A stretch of DNA of 36,272 bases. Origin: Promethearchaeota archaeon (GTDB taxonomy: Archaea; Asgardarchaeota; Lokiarchaeia; Sigyniarchaeales; SOKP01). The stretch covers positions 1-36,272 of the forward strand of contig JAEOTA010000045.1 in the NCBI GenBank assembly GCA_016840085.1. The letters are read 5' to 3'. A program made the translations under genes and the position numbers. This document shows positions 1 through 10,165 of this stretch, piece by piece. The notes beneath the pieces are model-generated. The model made no database searches. It was not told where the DNA came from and saw nothing but the letters and a program-made list of their open reading frames with translations. Within the stretch, counting starts at the first letter, position 1; the number at the start of each line of letters is the position of its first letter.

Positions 1-66
1 AAAACCAAAAATTTAATTATTTAGCTCTTTTTAAGAATTAATATAGAACCGGCATGTGATTCAAAT

Positions 67-1647
67 ATGGTTGATAAAATTATTCCTTTCTTAATTAATA
101 TCTCCGAAGTCATTTCTGCTCGTTCCAGAGCTACTTTACTGGATGAAATGGCGATGGCATTAATCGAATGTATAAACATTTATGGAAAAACTCTAAATAA
201 ACTAGGAAAAATAAATAGAATTTCTATTTGTTTCTGGCCAGTAAAGTTAGTACCTTTAAATGAAACTAGAGCATGCGTCTGCAGTTACTTACTAAATAAA
301 CAAGAGAAATTTAATTTTGGTAAATTTTCTCAAATGCCACCACCTCCCCAAAATGTAATAAAGGGTGCGGATCCAGTATCATTTCTAAGTGCTTTACAGT
401 CATATAATAGCAGTTATTTAAAAAAAAGTAAATTTTTTAAAAGAGGTACAGTAATACAGGAAGCATTATTTAGTGCTGGTGAAGTCGAATATTTTAAGAA
501 CTTTTTCCTAAACCAATATGGTATCGGTTCTTTTGGAGAACCCTACTTTACTTTAGAGGGAGGGCCCATTCCAAAGAGTATTAATCAAGCAAAAATTGTA
601 CCAGAAATTTTAGAATACATTTCTCAAAAAGATGTTAGAATGCTTGATGACTATGGTACGAGTATTACAAAACTATGCGATGTATGGATTCAAAGAGGAG
701 GCCAAGATGCTGATAAGATACGGGGTAAAAAAGTGGATACTAGTGAAGAAGAAAAGCAATTGGCCTTACTTAATAAGGAATTAGAGGCGGAAAAAGCAAG
801 AAAAATAGAAACTTCCCCAGAAGAATTAGTAAAATCTGGTAAGTATAAAATTAATGATAAATCAAGTGATTTTTATAACAATAATAATGCAATTAAAACC
901 AGTATTGATCGTATTAGAAATGCTATAAATAAAAATGATCTATTTGAAGTAGAAGAATCGGTTAAGGATTTAGATATCAAATATCAAGATTTAGGTAATT
1001 CAATAAGTAGATATAAAAGTGAACTTGCTCAATTAAGAAAAAATGTCCAGAAAGAAATAAGCGATTTAGAAAAAACTAAGCAACAAAAGATTAGAGAGTT
1101 AGAAAAAAAAATATCAGAAGTAAAAAGTAAAATTGACTCGAAGCATAGTGAATTAAGCAGTGATTTAACCAGTGCTGAAGATACTGTAGCTAAAATAAAA
1201 GTAGAAAAACAATCTTGCTTAGATAATCTCGAGAAGGTAAAAGATAGCGAGATGACAGGAGTTCAAGATTTTTTTAAGAATTATTCTATAGAAATTAAAA
1301 CTCAAAATGTAGTTGTTGGTGTTCCAATGTTCATTTTTTACTTTATAGACCCAAATACACGTAGAACAACAGAGAGGGCTCCTGTATTACCTATGCTTAT
1401 CGAAAAAGGTAAAATTCATAGAACCAAAGTTACAGATGCTTTTAGAACTAAATTGAGAGATTTAATGAACAAAGATAATGCTATGATAAACCTTGTTGAA
1501 AAAGGTGGAGAAACTGGTAATCTTATGGATATAAAAAATCTTGATACTCAACTTGATGAAGCTATTAATGATTTACGAATAAGGAAGGTACTAGGTAAAA
1601 AAGAAGCTGAGAGAACTAAAGACGTCATTAATAATTTAGTATGGTAG
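67..1647 (+). CDS. Hypothetical protein with long central coiled coil
   Basis: 526-aa ORF; K/E/L-rich heptad region at about aa 225-400; no recognisable catalytic motif. Confidence 0.75.
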   Translation: MVDKIIPFLINISEVISARSRATLLDEMAMALIECINIYGKTLNKLGKINRISICFWPVKLVPLNETRACVCSYLLNKQEKFNFGKFSQMPPPPQNVIKGADPVSFLSALQSYNSSYLKKSKFFKRGTVIQEALFSAGEVEYFKNFFLNQYGIGSFGEPYFTLEGGPIPKSINQAKIVPEILEYISQKDVRMLDDYGTSITKLCDVWIQRGGQDADKIRGKKVDTSEEEKQLALLNKELEAEKARKIETSPEELVKSGKYKINDKSSDFYNNNNAIKTSIDRIRNAINKNDLFEVEESVKDLDIKYQDLGNSISRYKSELAQLRKNVQKEISDLEKTKQQKIRELEKKISEVKSKIDSKHSELSSDLTSAEDTVAKIKVEKQSCLDNLEKVKDSEMTGVQDFFKNYSIEIKTQNVVVGVPMFIFYFIDPNTRRTTERAPVLPMLIEKGKIHRTKVTDAFRTKLRDLMNKDNAMINLVEKGGETGNLMDIKNLDTQLDEAINDLRIRKVLGKKEAERTKDVINNLVW

Positions 1648-1692
1648 TTTTTTTTTAATCTTATTTTTATTATCATTTTTTTTATTGTGATT
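1648..1692. terminator. Putative T-rich terminator between convergent genes
   Basis: Oligo-T tracts immediately after the 1647 stop and before the convergent stop at 1696. Confidence 0.35.
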
Positions 1693-1695
1693 TTA

Positions 1696-1899
1696 CTAAT
1701 CTCCAAAATATTCCATTGTAATCCCGCAACATTCAGGAATAGGTTGATACCCACAAGTTTCTGTATTACAACAACATAGTAAGTATCCTTCTTTCACAAT
1801 CATAGATTTATCGCAGCATGTAGGAACTTCATGCTCACTTCCACAAACTTTACAAACTAATTTTGGAATTTTTCCATCACCTTTTCTTGAAATTACCAA
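1696..1899 (-). CDS. Small Cys-rich metal-binding protein (tandem desulforedoxin/zinc-ribbon-like motifs)
   Basis: 67 aa with 10 Cys in two similar units: CKVCG..PTCCDKSM and CCCNTETCG..PECCGITM; TTG start uncertain. Confidence 0.65.
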   Translation of the reverse strand: MVISRKGDGKIPKLVCKVCGSEHEVPTCCDKSMIVKEGYLLCCCNTETCGYQPIPECCGITMEYFGD

Positions 1900-2102
1900 A
1901 TTAAGAATAAAAAAGACGATACTAAAATACTTCTTTTATTTATTATAAAACAGAGGTATTATACCCCTTATGAAATTAAATTAATATCATCTAAACTTTT
2001 ATGAGATATTAGATTCCCGATTTTAAGAAAAAATTCATTTAAAATATTTCAATTATTATATTTCTTACTTACGTGTTTTAAAGAAAAAAATGGAGAATTT
2101 TT

Positions 2103-3356
2103 ATGGTTAATAGACTAAATTTAAAAAAGACATTTGAATTGTATGAAGAAGCGCTGAGCTTAATTCCAGGGGCAATATTAGGTATTCGTAGACCTTATAA
2201 TTTTGTTGAGGGAGAATATCCTATATTTTTTGAAACCGCAAAAGGAGGAAAAGTGATTGACGTCGATGGAAATGAGTATATTGATATGCTCTGCGCATAT
2301 GGCCCTATAATTATCGGCCATCAAGAGGAAGAGATTGATAGAGCTGTTATAGAACAAATAAAAAATAAAGGTTTTTGTATGTCATTAACCCAACCAATAC
2401 AAAACCGATTAGCTAAAGTACTTAGAAATCTAATACCTTGCTGTGAAAAAATGGTATTAATGAAAATGGGCACTGATGCAACAACAGCAGCAATAAGAGT
2501 TGCACGAGCATATACGAAAAAGGAAAAAATTTTTAGCTGTGGATATCATGGTTGGTATGATGCCTTCAGTGAGGTCCATGGAATTGAGGCGGGAATACCT
2601 AAGAAGCTATTTGAAGATTTTTATGAATTTGAATTTAATCACTTAGAAGAAATCGAACAATTATTTAAAAATCATAAAGATAAAGTTGCAGCTATTATTG
2701 TGAATCCGATACATACACCAGGGGGTCGAGAAGTTGAGATACCCAAATTAGGTTTCTTGGAAGGAATACGTGAATTAGCAACTGACAATAATGCTTTATT
2801 AATTTATGATGAAATAAGAACAGGCTTTAGGGTAGACATGGGAGGAGCACAAAAAATGTATGGCGTCATTCCTGATCTTGCTGCATTTGGAAAAGCCATG
2901 GGAAATGGCTATCCAATAAGCACACTTGTAGGAAAAGCAGAATATATGGATGTCTTAGTAGAAAAAGTATTTTTAAGCTCAACTTTTTTCCCTAATAGCC
3001 TTGCTCAAATCGCATCCCTCAAAACAATTGAAATATTACAACGTGATAATGTGTTAAAAAACATTAGTGAGAAGGGTAACTATTTTGCTAAGCGAGTGAA
3101 AGAAAGTATTCAAGATTTTAATATTCCATGTATATATTCAGGACAACCATGGATGCCCTATATCACTTTTACTGCCGATCCTAATTTTCTATATAGAAAA
3201 TTGAGAGAAGAGTTTTATCGACAACTTATCAGACGTAAAGTTTTCTTACAACCATTTCATCATGGTTATATCTGTTATCGGCATACATATGAGGATTTAG
3301 ATTATGCCGCAGATATGATAGCAGAATCATTCGCAGAGATTAAAAAAATGTTATAA
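2103..3356 (+). CDS. kat: Class III PLP aminotransferase, probable 3-aminobutyryl-CoA aminotransferase
   Basis: GSA-aminomutase-like fold (DEIRTGFR, FGKAMGNGYP with PLP Lys); first gene of a lysine fermentation operon lacking kal. Confidence 0.75.
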   Translation: MVNRLNLKKTFELYEEALSLIPGAILGIRRPYNFVEGEYPIFFETAKGGKVIDVDGNEYIDMLCAYGPIIIGHQEEEIDRAVIEQIKNKGFCMSLTQPIQNRLAKVLRNLIPCCEKMVLMKMGTDATTAAIRVARAYTKKEKIFSCGYHGWYDAFSEVHGIEAGIPKKLFEDFYEFEFNHLEEIEQLFKNHKDKVAAIIVNPIHTPGGREVEIPKLGFLEGIRELATDNNALLIYDEIRTGFRVDMGGAQKMYGVIPDLAAFGKAMGNGYPISTLVGKAEYMDVLVEKVFLSSTFFPNSLAQIASLKTIEILQRDNVLKNISEKGNYFAKRVKESIQDFNIPCIYSGQPWMPYITFTADPNFLYRKLREEFYRQLIRRKVFLQPFHHGYICYRHTYEDLDYAADMIAESFAEIKKML

Positions 3357-3393
3357 AATCATTATTTAAAATAAATTAATTGATGAAAAATTT

Positions 3394-4215
3394 ATGGAAA
3401 AACTTATAATTACAGCAGCAATTTGTGGAGCAGAAGTAATTAAAGAACAAAATCCAAATGTCCCTTACACTGCCAAGGAAATCGGGAATGAGGCTGAAGC
3501 ATCCTTTCTTGCTGGTGCTAGTATTATCCATTTACATGTACGAGAGAATGATGGAACTCCAACTCAAAGTAAGAAAAGATTTAGAGTATGTATCGAAGAA
3601 ATTAAAAGAAGATGCCCAGATGTGATTGTTATGCCTTCAACAGGCGGAGCGATCGGTATGAGTAATGAAGAACGACTTCAACCAATATATTTAGAACCTC
3701 CTCCGGAAGTAGCTAGCTTAGATTGCGGGACTTTGAATTTTGGGGGCGATGAAATATTTGTTAATACAGAAACTACAATAAAATTCTTTGCTGAGGAGAT
3801 GTATAAAAGAGAAATTAAACCAGAATTGGAGTGTTTTGATAAAGGAATGGTAGATATGGCATTAAGATTACGTAAGAAAGGATTTATTAAGGATCCAATG
3901 CACTTTAACTTAGTTTTAGGAGTAAACGGAGGAATTACTGCTTCAACAAGAGATTTAAATTTTTTAGTGGAAACTCTACCTTTAAATTCTACATACACAG
4001 TCACGGGGATTGGCAAACATGAATTTCCTATGGCTACATTGGCAATAGTTATGGGAGGTCATGTTAGAGTAGGACTTGAAGATAACCTTTATATCTCTAA
4101 AGGAAAATTGGCTGAATCTAATGCCCAATTAGTAGAGAAAGTAGTAAGAATCGCGAATGAGCTTGGTAGAGATATTGCATCTCCTTATGATACAAGAAAA
4201 ATTTTAGGATTATAA
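3394..4215 (+). CDS. kce: 3-keto-5-aminohexanoate cleavage enzyme
   Basis: BKACE family motifs IITAAICGAE, HLHVR, STGG, RVGLEDN; operon context. Confidence 0.93.
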   Translation: MEKLIITAAICGAEVIKEQNPNVPYTAKEIGNEAEASFLAGASIIHLHVRENDGTPTQSKKRFRVCIEEIKRRCPDVIVMPSTGGAIGMSNEERLQPIYLEPPPEVASLDCGTLNFGGDEIFVNTETTIKFFAEEMYKREIKPELECFDKGMVDMALRLRKKGFIKDPMHFNLVLGVNGGITASTRDLNFLVETLPLNSTYTVTGIGKHEFPMATLAIVMGGHVRVGLEDNLYISKGKLAESNAQLVEKVVRIANELGRDIASPYDTRKILGL

Positions 4216-4250
4216 GAATTCAATTAGGATTAGTAGTTGGTGATTAAACA

Positions 4251-5288
4251 ATGAAAAAGGGAAATAAATATGGGACACATAGAGTAATTGAACCAATTGG
4301 TGCTTTACCACAATCAGCAAATAAAATATCAAATGATATGGAACTATACGATAATGAAATTCTAATCGATGTTGATTACTTAAATATAGACTCTGCTAGT
4401 TTTACACAATTAAAACAAGTAACAAAAGGCGATATTGAGAAAATTAAAGAATTAATAATTGCAATTGTCGATGAAAAAGGAAAAATGCAAAATCCAGTTA
4501 CAGGTTCAGGAGGGATGTTAATTGGCAAAATTGAAGCAATTGGAGATGTTCTAAAAGATAAAATTGATTTGAAAGTTGGAGAAAAAATTGCTACATTAGT
4601 TTCTCTTTCTCTAACACCTCTTAGAATAGATAAAATCATTAAAATTTATCCAGAAATTGACCGTGTTGAAATTAAAGGTAAAGCAATATTATTTGAAAGT
4701 GGGATTTATGCTAAACTTCCTAAAAATATGGAAGATACTTTAGCTTTAGCAGCTCTTGATGTTGCTGGCGCTCCAGCTCAAGTAAAGAACCTTGTAAAAG
4801 AAGATAATACAATATTAATCCTTGGTGCTACTGGAAAATCAGGGCTAATGTGTTCCTATATGGCTAAAAAGATGGTTGGAAAAACAGGAAAAATTATTGG
4901 TCAAGCTAGAAATGAAAAAAGAGCCAAATTCCTCGAAATTACAGAATTTTGTGACGAAATAATTATAGCTGATGTTTTAAAGCCGGTAAATGTGTTAGAA
5001 GAAACATTAAAAGTAAATAATGGACAAGAGGTAGATATTTCGATAAACTGCTTAAGTATTCCTAATACTGAAATGTCAAGTATTTTACCAGTAAGAGATG
5101 GAGGAATTGTTTATTTCTTTTCTATGGCTACAAGCTTTACAAAAGCAGCATTAGGTGCTGAAGGAGTAGGTAAAGATGTGACAATGATAATTGGAAATGG
5201 GTATACAGTAAATCATGTAAAAACTACCCTAGATCTTTTAAATGAATCCGAGATACTAAAAAAAATATTTGAAGAGAAATATAGGTAA
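4251..5288 (+). CDS. kdd: L-erythro-3,5-diaminohexanoate dehydrogenase
   Basis: GNKYGTHRVIEP N-terminus, NIDSASF, NPVTGSGG, LDVAGAPAQ, AALGAEGVG. Confidence 0.93.
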   Translation: MKKGNKYGTHRVIEPIGALPQSANKISNDMELYDNEILIDVDYLNIDSASFTQLKQVTKGDIEKIKELIIAIVDEKGKMQNPVTGSGGMLIGKIEAIGDVLKDKIDLKVGEKIATLVSLSLTPLRIDKIIKIYPEIDRVEIKGKAILFESGIYAKLPKNMEDTLALAALDVAGAPAQVKNLVKEDNTILILGATGKSGLMCSYMAKKMVGKTGKIIGQARNEKRAKFLEITEFCDEIIIADVLKPVNVLEETLKVNNGQEVDISINCLSIPNTEMSSILPVRDGGIVYFFSMATSFTKAALGAEGVGKDVTMIIGNGYTVNHVKTTLDLLNESEILKKIFEEKYR

Positions 5289-5384
5289 TTTTAATCGAAT
5301 TCTATAATAAGTTTCGAAAGATATTTGAACAAAAATATGTTTAATTAATTGTTAAGTTGAAGTAAAAAAATATTAAGAAAAATT

Positions 5385-6623
5385 ATGAAAGTAAATAGAC
5401 GTAAAGATTTATTTGGTCATATAAGTGATGATGATTGGAATGACTGGCGTTGGCAAGTTAAAAATAGGATAACAACATTAGAAGAACTTAAAAAGTACCT
5501 CAAATTAACCAAGGAAGAAGATGATCCTAGAATCCTACAAGAGTATAGAATGGCAATTACACCTTATTATCTATCATTAATCGATCCTAATGATCCTTAT
5601 GATCCAATAAGAAAACAAGCAATTCCAACAATTCAAGAGTTGGAACGATATCTCGGTGATCTCGAAGATCCCCTTAGTGAAGATATCGATTCTCCTGTTG
5701 AAGGATTAACCCACCGTTATCCTGATAGGGTATTATTCTTAGTTACCGAAAATTGTTCCATGTATTGTAGGCATTGTACAAGAAGAAGATTTGCTGGTCA
5801 TCATGATATGGCTCCACCCCAATCTCAAATAGATGCTTGTATAGAGTATATCAAAAATACTCCTACTGTTAGAGATGTGCTTTTATCTGGGGGAGATGCT
5901 TTAATAAGATCTGATAAAAACATAGAAGATATTTTAAAGAAATTAAAAGAAATTCCTCATGTTGAAATAATACGTATAGGATCTAGAGCACCAGTTACAA
6001 ATCCTTTCCGTATTACTCCAGAATTATGTGAAATGTTAAAAAAATATCATCCTATTTGGTTTAATACACATTTTAATCATCCTAATGAAATCACAAAAGA
6101 TTCTACAAGAGCGTGTGAAATGCTAGCAGATGCTGGAATGCCTCTTGGAAATCAATCTGTTTTATTGAGAGGTATTAATGATTGTATTCATGTTATGAAA
6201 AAATTAGTACAAGAATTAGTAAAAATAAGAGTTAGACCATATTATATTTACCAATGTGATCTTTCTATAGGATTAGGACACTTTAGAACTAGTGTCGCCC
6301 AAGGTATTGAAATAATTGAAGGTCTGAGAGGACATACATCAGGATTATGTGTACCCACATTCGTAGTAGATGCTCCTGGAGGGGGTGGAAAAATTCCTGT
6401 AATGCCAGATTACACAATTTCTCAAGGACATAAACGTGTAGTGCTACGGAATTTTGAAGGTGTTATTACAACTTATGAGGAACCAGAAGATTATATTCCT
6501 AATTGTCATTGTGAAGATTGTGAAAAACAAATTGGTGTTAGTGCATTATTGAGCGGTGAAAAAGTTACTATTGAACCCGCAGATCTAAAAAGAAAACTAA
6601 GAAGGAAAAAACTCACTAAATAA
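5385..6623 (+). CDS. kamA: Lysine 2,3-aminomutase (radical SAM, PLP)
   Basis: WNDWRWQ, HRYPDR, CSMYCRHC, LSGGD, APGGGGK, C-terminal CHCEDC zinc site. Confidence 0.96.
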   Translation: MKVNRRKDLFGHISDDDWNDWRWQVKNRITTLEELKKYLKLTKEEDDPRILQEYRMAITPYYLSLIDPNDPYDPIRKQAIPTIQELERYLGDLEDPLSEDIDSPVEGLTHRYPDRVLFLVTENCSMYCRHCTRRRFAGHHDMAPPQSQIDACIEYIKNTPTVRDVLLSGGDALIRSDKNIEDILKKLKEIPHVEIIRIGSRAPVTNPFRITPELCEMLKKYHPIWFNTHFNHPNEITKDSTRACEMLADAGMPLGNQSVLLRGINDCIHVMKKLVQELVKIRVRPYYIYQCDLSIGLGHFRTSVAQGIEIIEGLRGHTSGLCVPTFVVDAPGGGGKIPVMPDYTISQGHKRVVLRNFEGVITTYEEPEDYIPNCHCEDCEKQIGVSALLSGEKVTIEPADLKRKLRRKKLTK

Positions 6624-6691
6624 TTCTAAAGTTTAAACAATTTAGTTTTATTTTTGTTATCATCATAAAAACTAATAGTTTTGGCGAGAAA

Positions 6692-7726
6692 ATGGACTTT
6701 ATGACTACTTTTCTTAATAATATTACGAAATTCTCCATTATTTCAATTATAGGGCTCGCTAAAAATGTTAGTAAGACGACCACATTAAATTATCTTATTT
6801 CAAATCTGGCAGAAAAATATAAGCTTGGTCTTACTTCCATCGGAAGGGATGGAGAAAAATATGATGTTATAACTCAATTACCTAAACCTCGAATTTTTAT
6901 TAAAAAAGGTACTTATATAGCAACAGCAAGACAGTGTTTTGAAGAAAGTCAAATAAATTTCGAAATAATTAAACCTACAAAATTTAATACTCCATTAGGA
7001 GAAATATTAATTTTAAAGGCTTTAACAGGAGGATTTATTGAATTAGCTGGTCCTTCCATAAATAACTATTTACATCACATATGTTTAGAATTAAAAGATT
7101 TAGGGTGTGATCTAATTCTAATTGATGGAGCATTTGATAGAAGATCATATGCGACACCTTTAATCTCAGATGCTACTATACTCTCAACCGGAGCATCTGT
7201 TTCAGAAAATATGAAAGATGTCATAGATATAACAACACATATTATTGAATTATTAAGTTTAGTGAATGAGAAAAATCAGGAAATAGTAGATCTAGTCAAT
7301 GATGTATTAAAAAAAACTAAAATTGGTATTATTGATATTGAAAATTCTGTTAAATTAATAGATGTATTAACATCCTTAGATTCTGCAAAAGATATTGCTG
7401 ATAATTTAGAAAAAAATTCAAAATATGTCGTTATAAAAGGAGCTATCACCGATAAATTATTAGAAGACTTAATGCAAATTACTGAAAAGTATAAAGGAGT
7501 TACTTTTTTGGTAGAAAATGCTACAAAATTGTTTCTCAGTAAAAATATAATGAAAAAATTCCAAAAAAAGGGAGGTATTTTGAAAGTATTAACCCCTATA
7601 AATATAATTGCAGTAACAATAAATCCTACCTCTCCAGATGGATATGAATTTAATAAAGATAAGTTTTTAAAACAATTAAAGGAAAATCTAAATATTCCAG
7701 TTTATAATCTCGTAGAGGATAATTAA
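6692..7726 (+). CDS. kamB: Lysine 5,6-aminomutase reactivase subunit (KamB-like)
   Basis: P-loop-like GLAKNVSKTT, TSIGRDGE, IDGAFDR; lies between kamA and kamD. Confidence 0.7.
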   Translation: MDFMTTFLNNITKFSIISIIGLAKNVSKTTTLNYLISNLAEKYKLGLTSIGRDGEKYDVITQLPKPRIFIKKGTYIATARQCFEESQINFEIIKPTKFNTPLGEILILKALTGGFIELAGPSINNYLHHICLELKDLGCDLILIDGAFDRRSYATPLISDATILSTGASVSENMKDVIDITTHIIELLSLVNEKNQEIVDLVNDVLKKTKIGIIDIENSVKLIDVLTSLDSAKDIADNLEKNSKYVVIKGAITDKLLEDLMQITEKYKGVTFLVENATKLFLSKNIMKKFQKKGGILKVLTPINIIAVTINPTSPDGYEFNKDKFLKQLKENLNIPVYNLVEDN

Positions 7727-7751
7727 ATTTTTTAAAAAAATCAAAAATTCA

Positions 7752-9350
7752 TTGGTTAAAATGAATGATAAAGAGAAAAATATGAAAAGTAAGCTTAATT
7801 TGAATTTTTCAATAGTAGAAAAAGCTAGAAAAACAGCAAAAGCTATAGCGTTAGATACTCAAAACTTTATTGATCTAAATACAACTACTACAATTGAAAG
7901 AACGGTATGTAGATTATTTGGTATTAATGGAGTTGATGAATTTGATATTCCATTGCCGAATATTGTCGTAAATAATATAAAGAAAGGAAAAGGGCTTGAA
8001 AGGGGTGCAGCAATTTTTATTGGAAATGCTATATTACAAACAAATTTTACTCCACAAGAGATGGCAGAAAAAATAGCAAAAGAAGAATTAGATTTAACAA
8101 CATTACCATTAAATAACCTTTCAGAAATTAAAGCAACTATAAATGTTATTGCTCAAGAAACTCTGATAAAAATAGCTCAAAATAAAAAAAAAAGAGATGA
8201 ATTACTCAATAAATACGGTGATAAGGAAGGGCCATTAATCTATGTAATAGTAGCTACAGGAAATATTTATGAAGATATCATTCAAGCTCAAGCTGCAGCT
8301 AGACAAGGAGCAGATATAATTGCAGTTATTAGATCTACTGTTCAAAGTTTACTTGATTACGTTCCTTATGGAGCAACAATAGAGGGTTTTGGAGGAACTT
8401 ATGCTACTCAAGAGAATTTCCGACTTATGAGGAATGCTTTAGATGAAGTTGGGGAAGAATTAGGGAGATATATAAGATTAACTAATTATTGCTCTGGATT
8501 ATGTATGCCTGAGATTGCGATTATGGGCGCTTTTGAGAGGCTTGATGTAATGCTTAACGATGCGCTTTATGGGATACTTTTCCGTGATATTAATATGAAA
8601 AGAACAATCATTGATCAACATTTTTCAAGGATAATAAACGCTTATGCTGGTATAATAATCAATACAGGAGAAGACAATTATTTAACAACCGCAGACGCTT
8701 ATGAAGCGGCTCATACCGTTCTAGCTTCTCAGTTTATTAATGAACAATTTGCTTTACTTGCTGGTTTAAAAGAAGAACAAATGGGGTTAGGCCATGCGTT
8801 TGAAATGAATCCGGATTTGAACAATGGTTTCTTATATGAACTTGCGCAAGCTCAAATGGCACGAGAAATATTTCCAAAAGCTCCCCTTAAATATATGCCC
8901 CCCACAAAATTTAAGACAGGGAATATATTCAAGGGTCATATTCAAGATGTTCTATTCAATATAATAACTATTATGACTAATCAAAAAATCCATCTACTTG
9001 GCATGTTAACAGAGGCTATCCATACGCCTTTTATGTCAGATAGAGCCTTATCAATAGAAAATGCAAAATATATTTTCAATAATATGGAATCCATAAGTGA
9101 TGAAATAGAATTTAAAAACGGGGGTTTAATGGAAAAGAGAGCTAATGAAATATTAAGTAAAGCATATAATTTGTTAAAAGAAATTGAAAAAGAAGGATTG
9201 TTTAAGACGATTGAAAAAGGTATTTTTGCTAGTATTAAAAGGCCTATTGATGGAGGGAAGGGTTTGGATGGTGTAATTAAAAAGGAGAAAGACTATTATA
9301 ATCCATTTATGGAACTTATGATAAATGAATTAAAGAAAGGGGGTAATTAA
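7752..9350 (+). CDS. kamD: Lysine 5,6-aminomutase alpha subunit
   Basis: YVIVATGNIYED, NYCSGLCMPE, NDALYGILFRDIN, KYMPPTK; true start probably ATG at 7761 or 7782. Confidence 0.95.
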   Translation: MVKMNDKEKNMKSKLNLNFSIVEKARKTAKAIALDTQNFIDLNTTTTIERTVCRLFGINGVDEFDIPLPNIVVNNIKKGKGLERGAAIFIGNAILQTNFTPQEMAEKIAKEELDLTTLPLNNLSEIKATINVIAQETLIKIAQNKKKRDELLNKYGDKEGPLIYVIVATGNIYEDIIQAQAAARQGADIIAVIRSTVQSLLDYVPYGATIEGFGGTYATQENFRLMRNALDEVGEELGRYIRLTNYCSGLCMPEIAIMGAFERLDVMLNDALYGILFRDINMKRTIIDQHFSRIINAYAGIIINTGEDNYLTTADAYEAAHTVLASQFINEQFALLAGLKEEQMGLGHAFEMNPDLNNGFLYELAQAQMAREIFPKAPLKYMPPTKFKTGNIFKGHIQDVLFNIITIMTNQKIHLLGMLTEAIHTPFMSDRALSIENAKYIFNNMESISDEIEFKNGGLMEKRANEILSKAYNLLKEIEKEGLFKTIEKGIFASIKRPIDGGKGLDGVIKKEKDYYNPFMELMINELKKGGN

Positions 9351-9351
9351 A

Positions 9352-10149
9352 ATGGGAGGAGGATTGTATTCTACAGAACAAAAAGATTTTGATAAAACTC
9401 TTGATCTAACAAGAATCAAAGCTTATGGAGATACAATGAATGATGGTAAAGTTCAAATTAGTTTTACACTTCCAGTAGAAGATAGCGAAAAATCAATGGT
9501 AGCAGCAAAAATTTTAGCTTTGAAAATGGGTTTAGAGGATCCTACTGTAGTATATCATGCTTCATTGGATAAAGATTTCACATTTTTCGTTGTATATGGA
9601 AGTTTGATTCATACAATCGATTTCAGTAAAATTCAAGTAGAATCTATAGACGTTGAGGTTATGTCTAAAGAAGAAATTAATGAATATATAAAAGATAAAG
9701 TAAATAGAAAAGTAATTGTGCTTGGTGCATCAACAGGTTCAGATGCCCATACGGTAGGAATTGATGCAATCATGAATATGAAAGGTTTTGCTGGACATTA
9801 TGGGCTTGAGGGATATGAAATGATTGAAACGTATAACCTTGGAAGCCAAGTAACAAATGAAGAATTTGTAAAAAGAGCTATTGAATTAAAAGCAGATGTG
9901 TTGCTTGTCTCTCAAACTGTTACTCAAAAAAATATCCATGTCAAAAACTTAACTAATTTAGTAGAACTTTTGGAAGCTGAAGGAATACGGGATCAAGTTA
10001 TTTTAATATGTGGTGGAGCAAGAATAAATAATGAATTAGCAAAAGAACTTGGATATGATGCGGGATTTGGACCTGGTGCATATGCTGAAATTGTAGCGAC
10101 TTATTTTATCAAAGAAGTTCAAATAAGAAAGAATATGAATAAAAAATAA
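9352..10149 (+). CDS. kamE: Lysine 5,6-aminomutase beta subunit (cobalamin-binding)
   Basis: YGDTMNDGKVQ, DAHTVG (DxHxxG B12 motif), MKGFAG PLP lysine; 1 bp from kamD. Confidence 0.95.
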   Translation: MGGGLYSTEQKDFDKTLDLTRIKAYGDTMNDGKVQISFTLPVEDSEKSMVAAKILALKMGLEDPTVVYHASLDKDFTFFVVYGSLIHTIDFSKIQVESIDVEVMSKEEINEYIKDKVNRKVIVLGASTGSDAHTVGIDAIMNMKGFAGHYGLEGYEMIETYNLGSQVTNEEFVKRAIELKADVLLVSQTVTQKNIHVKNLTNLVELLEAEGIRDQVILICGGARINNELAKELGYDAGFGPGAYAEIVATYFIKEVQIRKNMNKK

Positions 10150-10165
10150 GTATTGAAAATTAAAT

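Noticed and set aside
2103-3356. Annotation as hemL (glutamate-1-semialdehyde aminomutase)
   Set aside because: Same fold, but lysine-operon context, no tetrapyrrole genes, and absence of kal favour Kat
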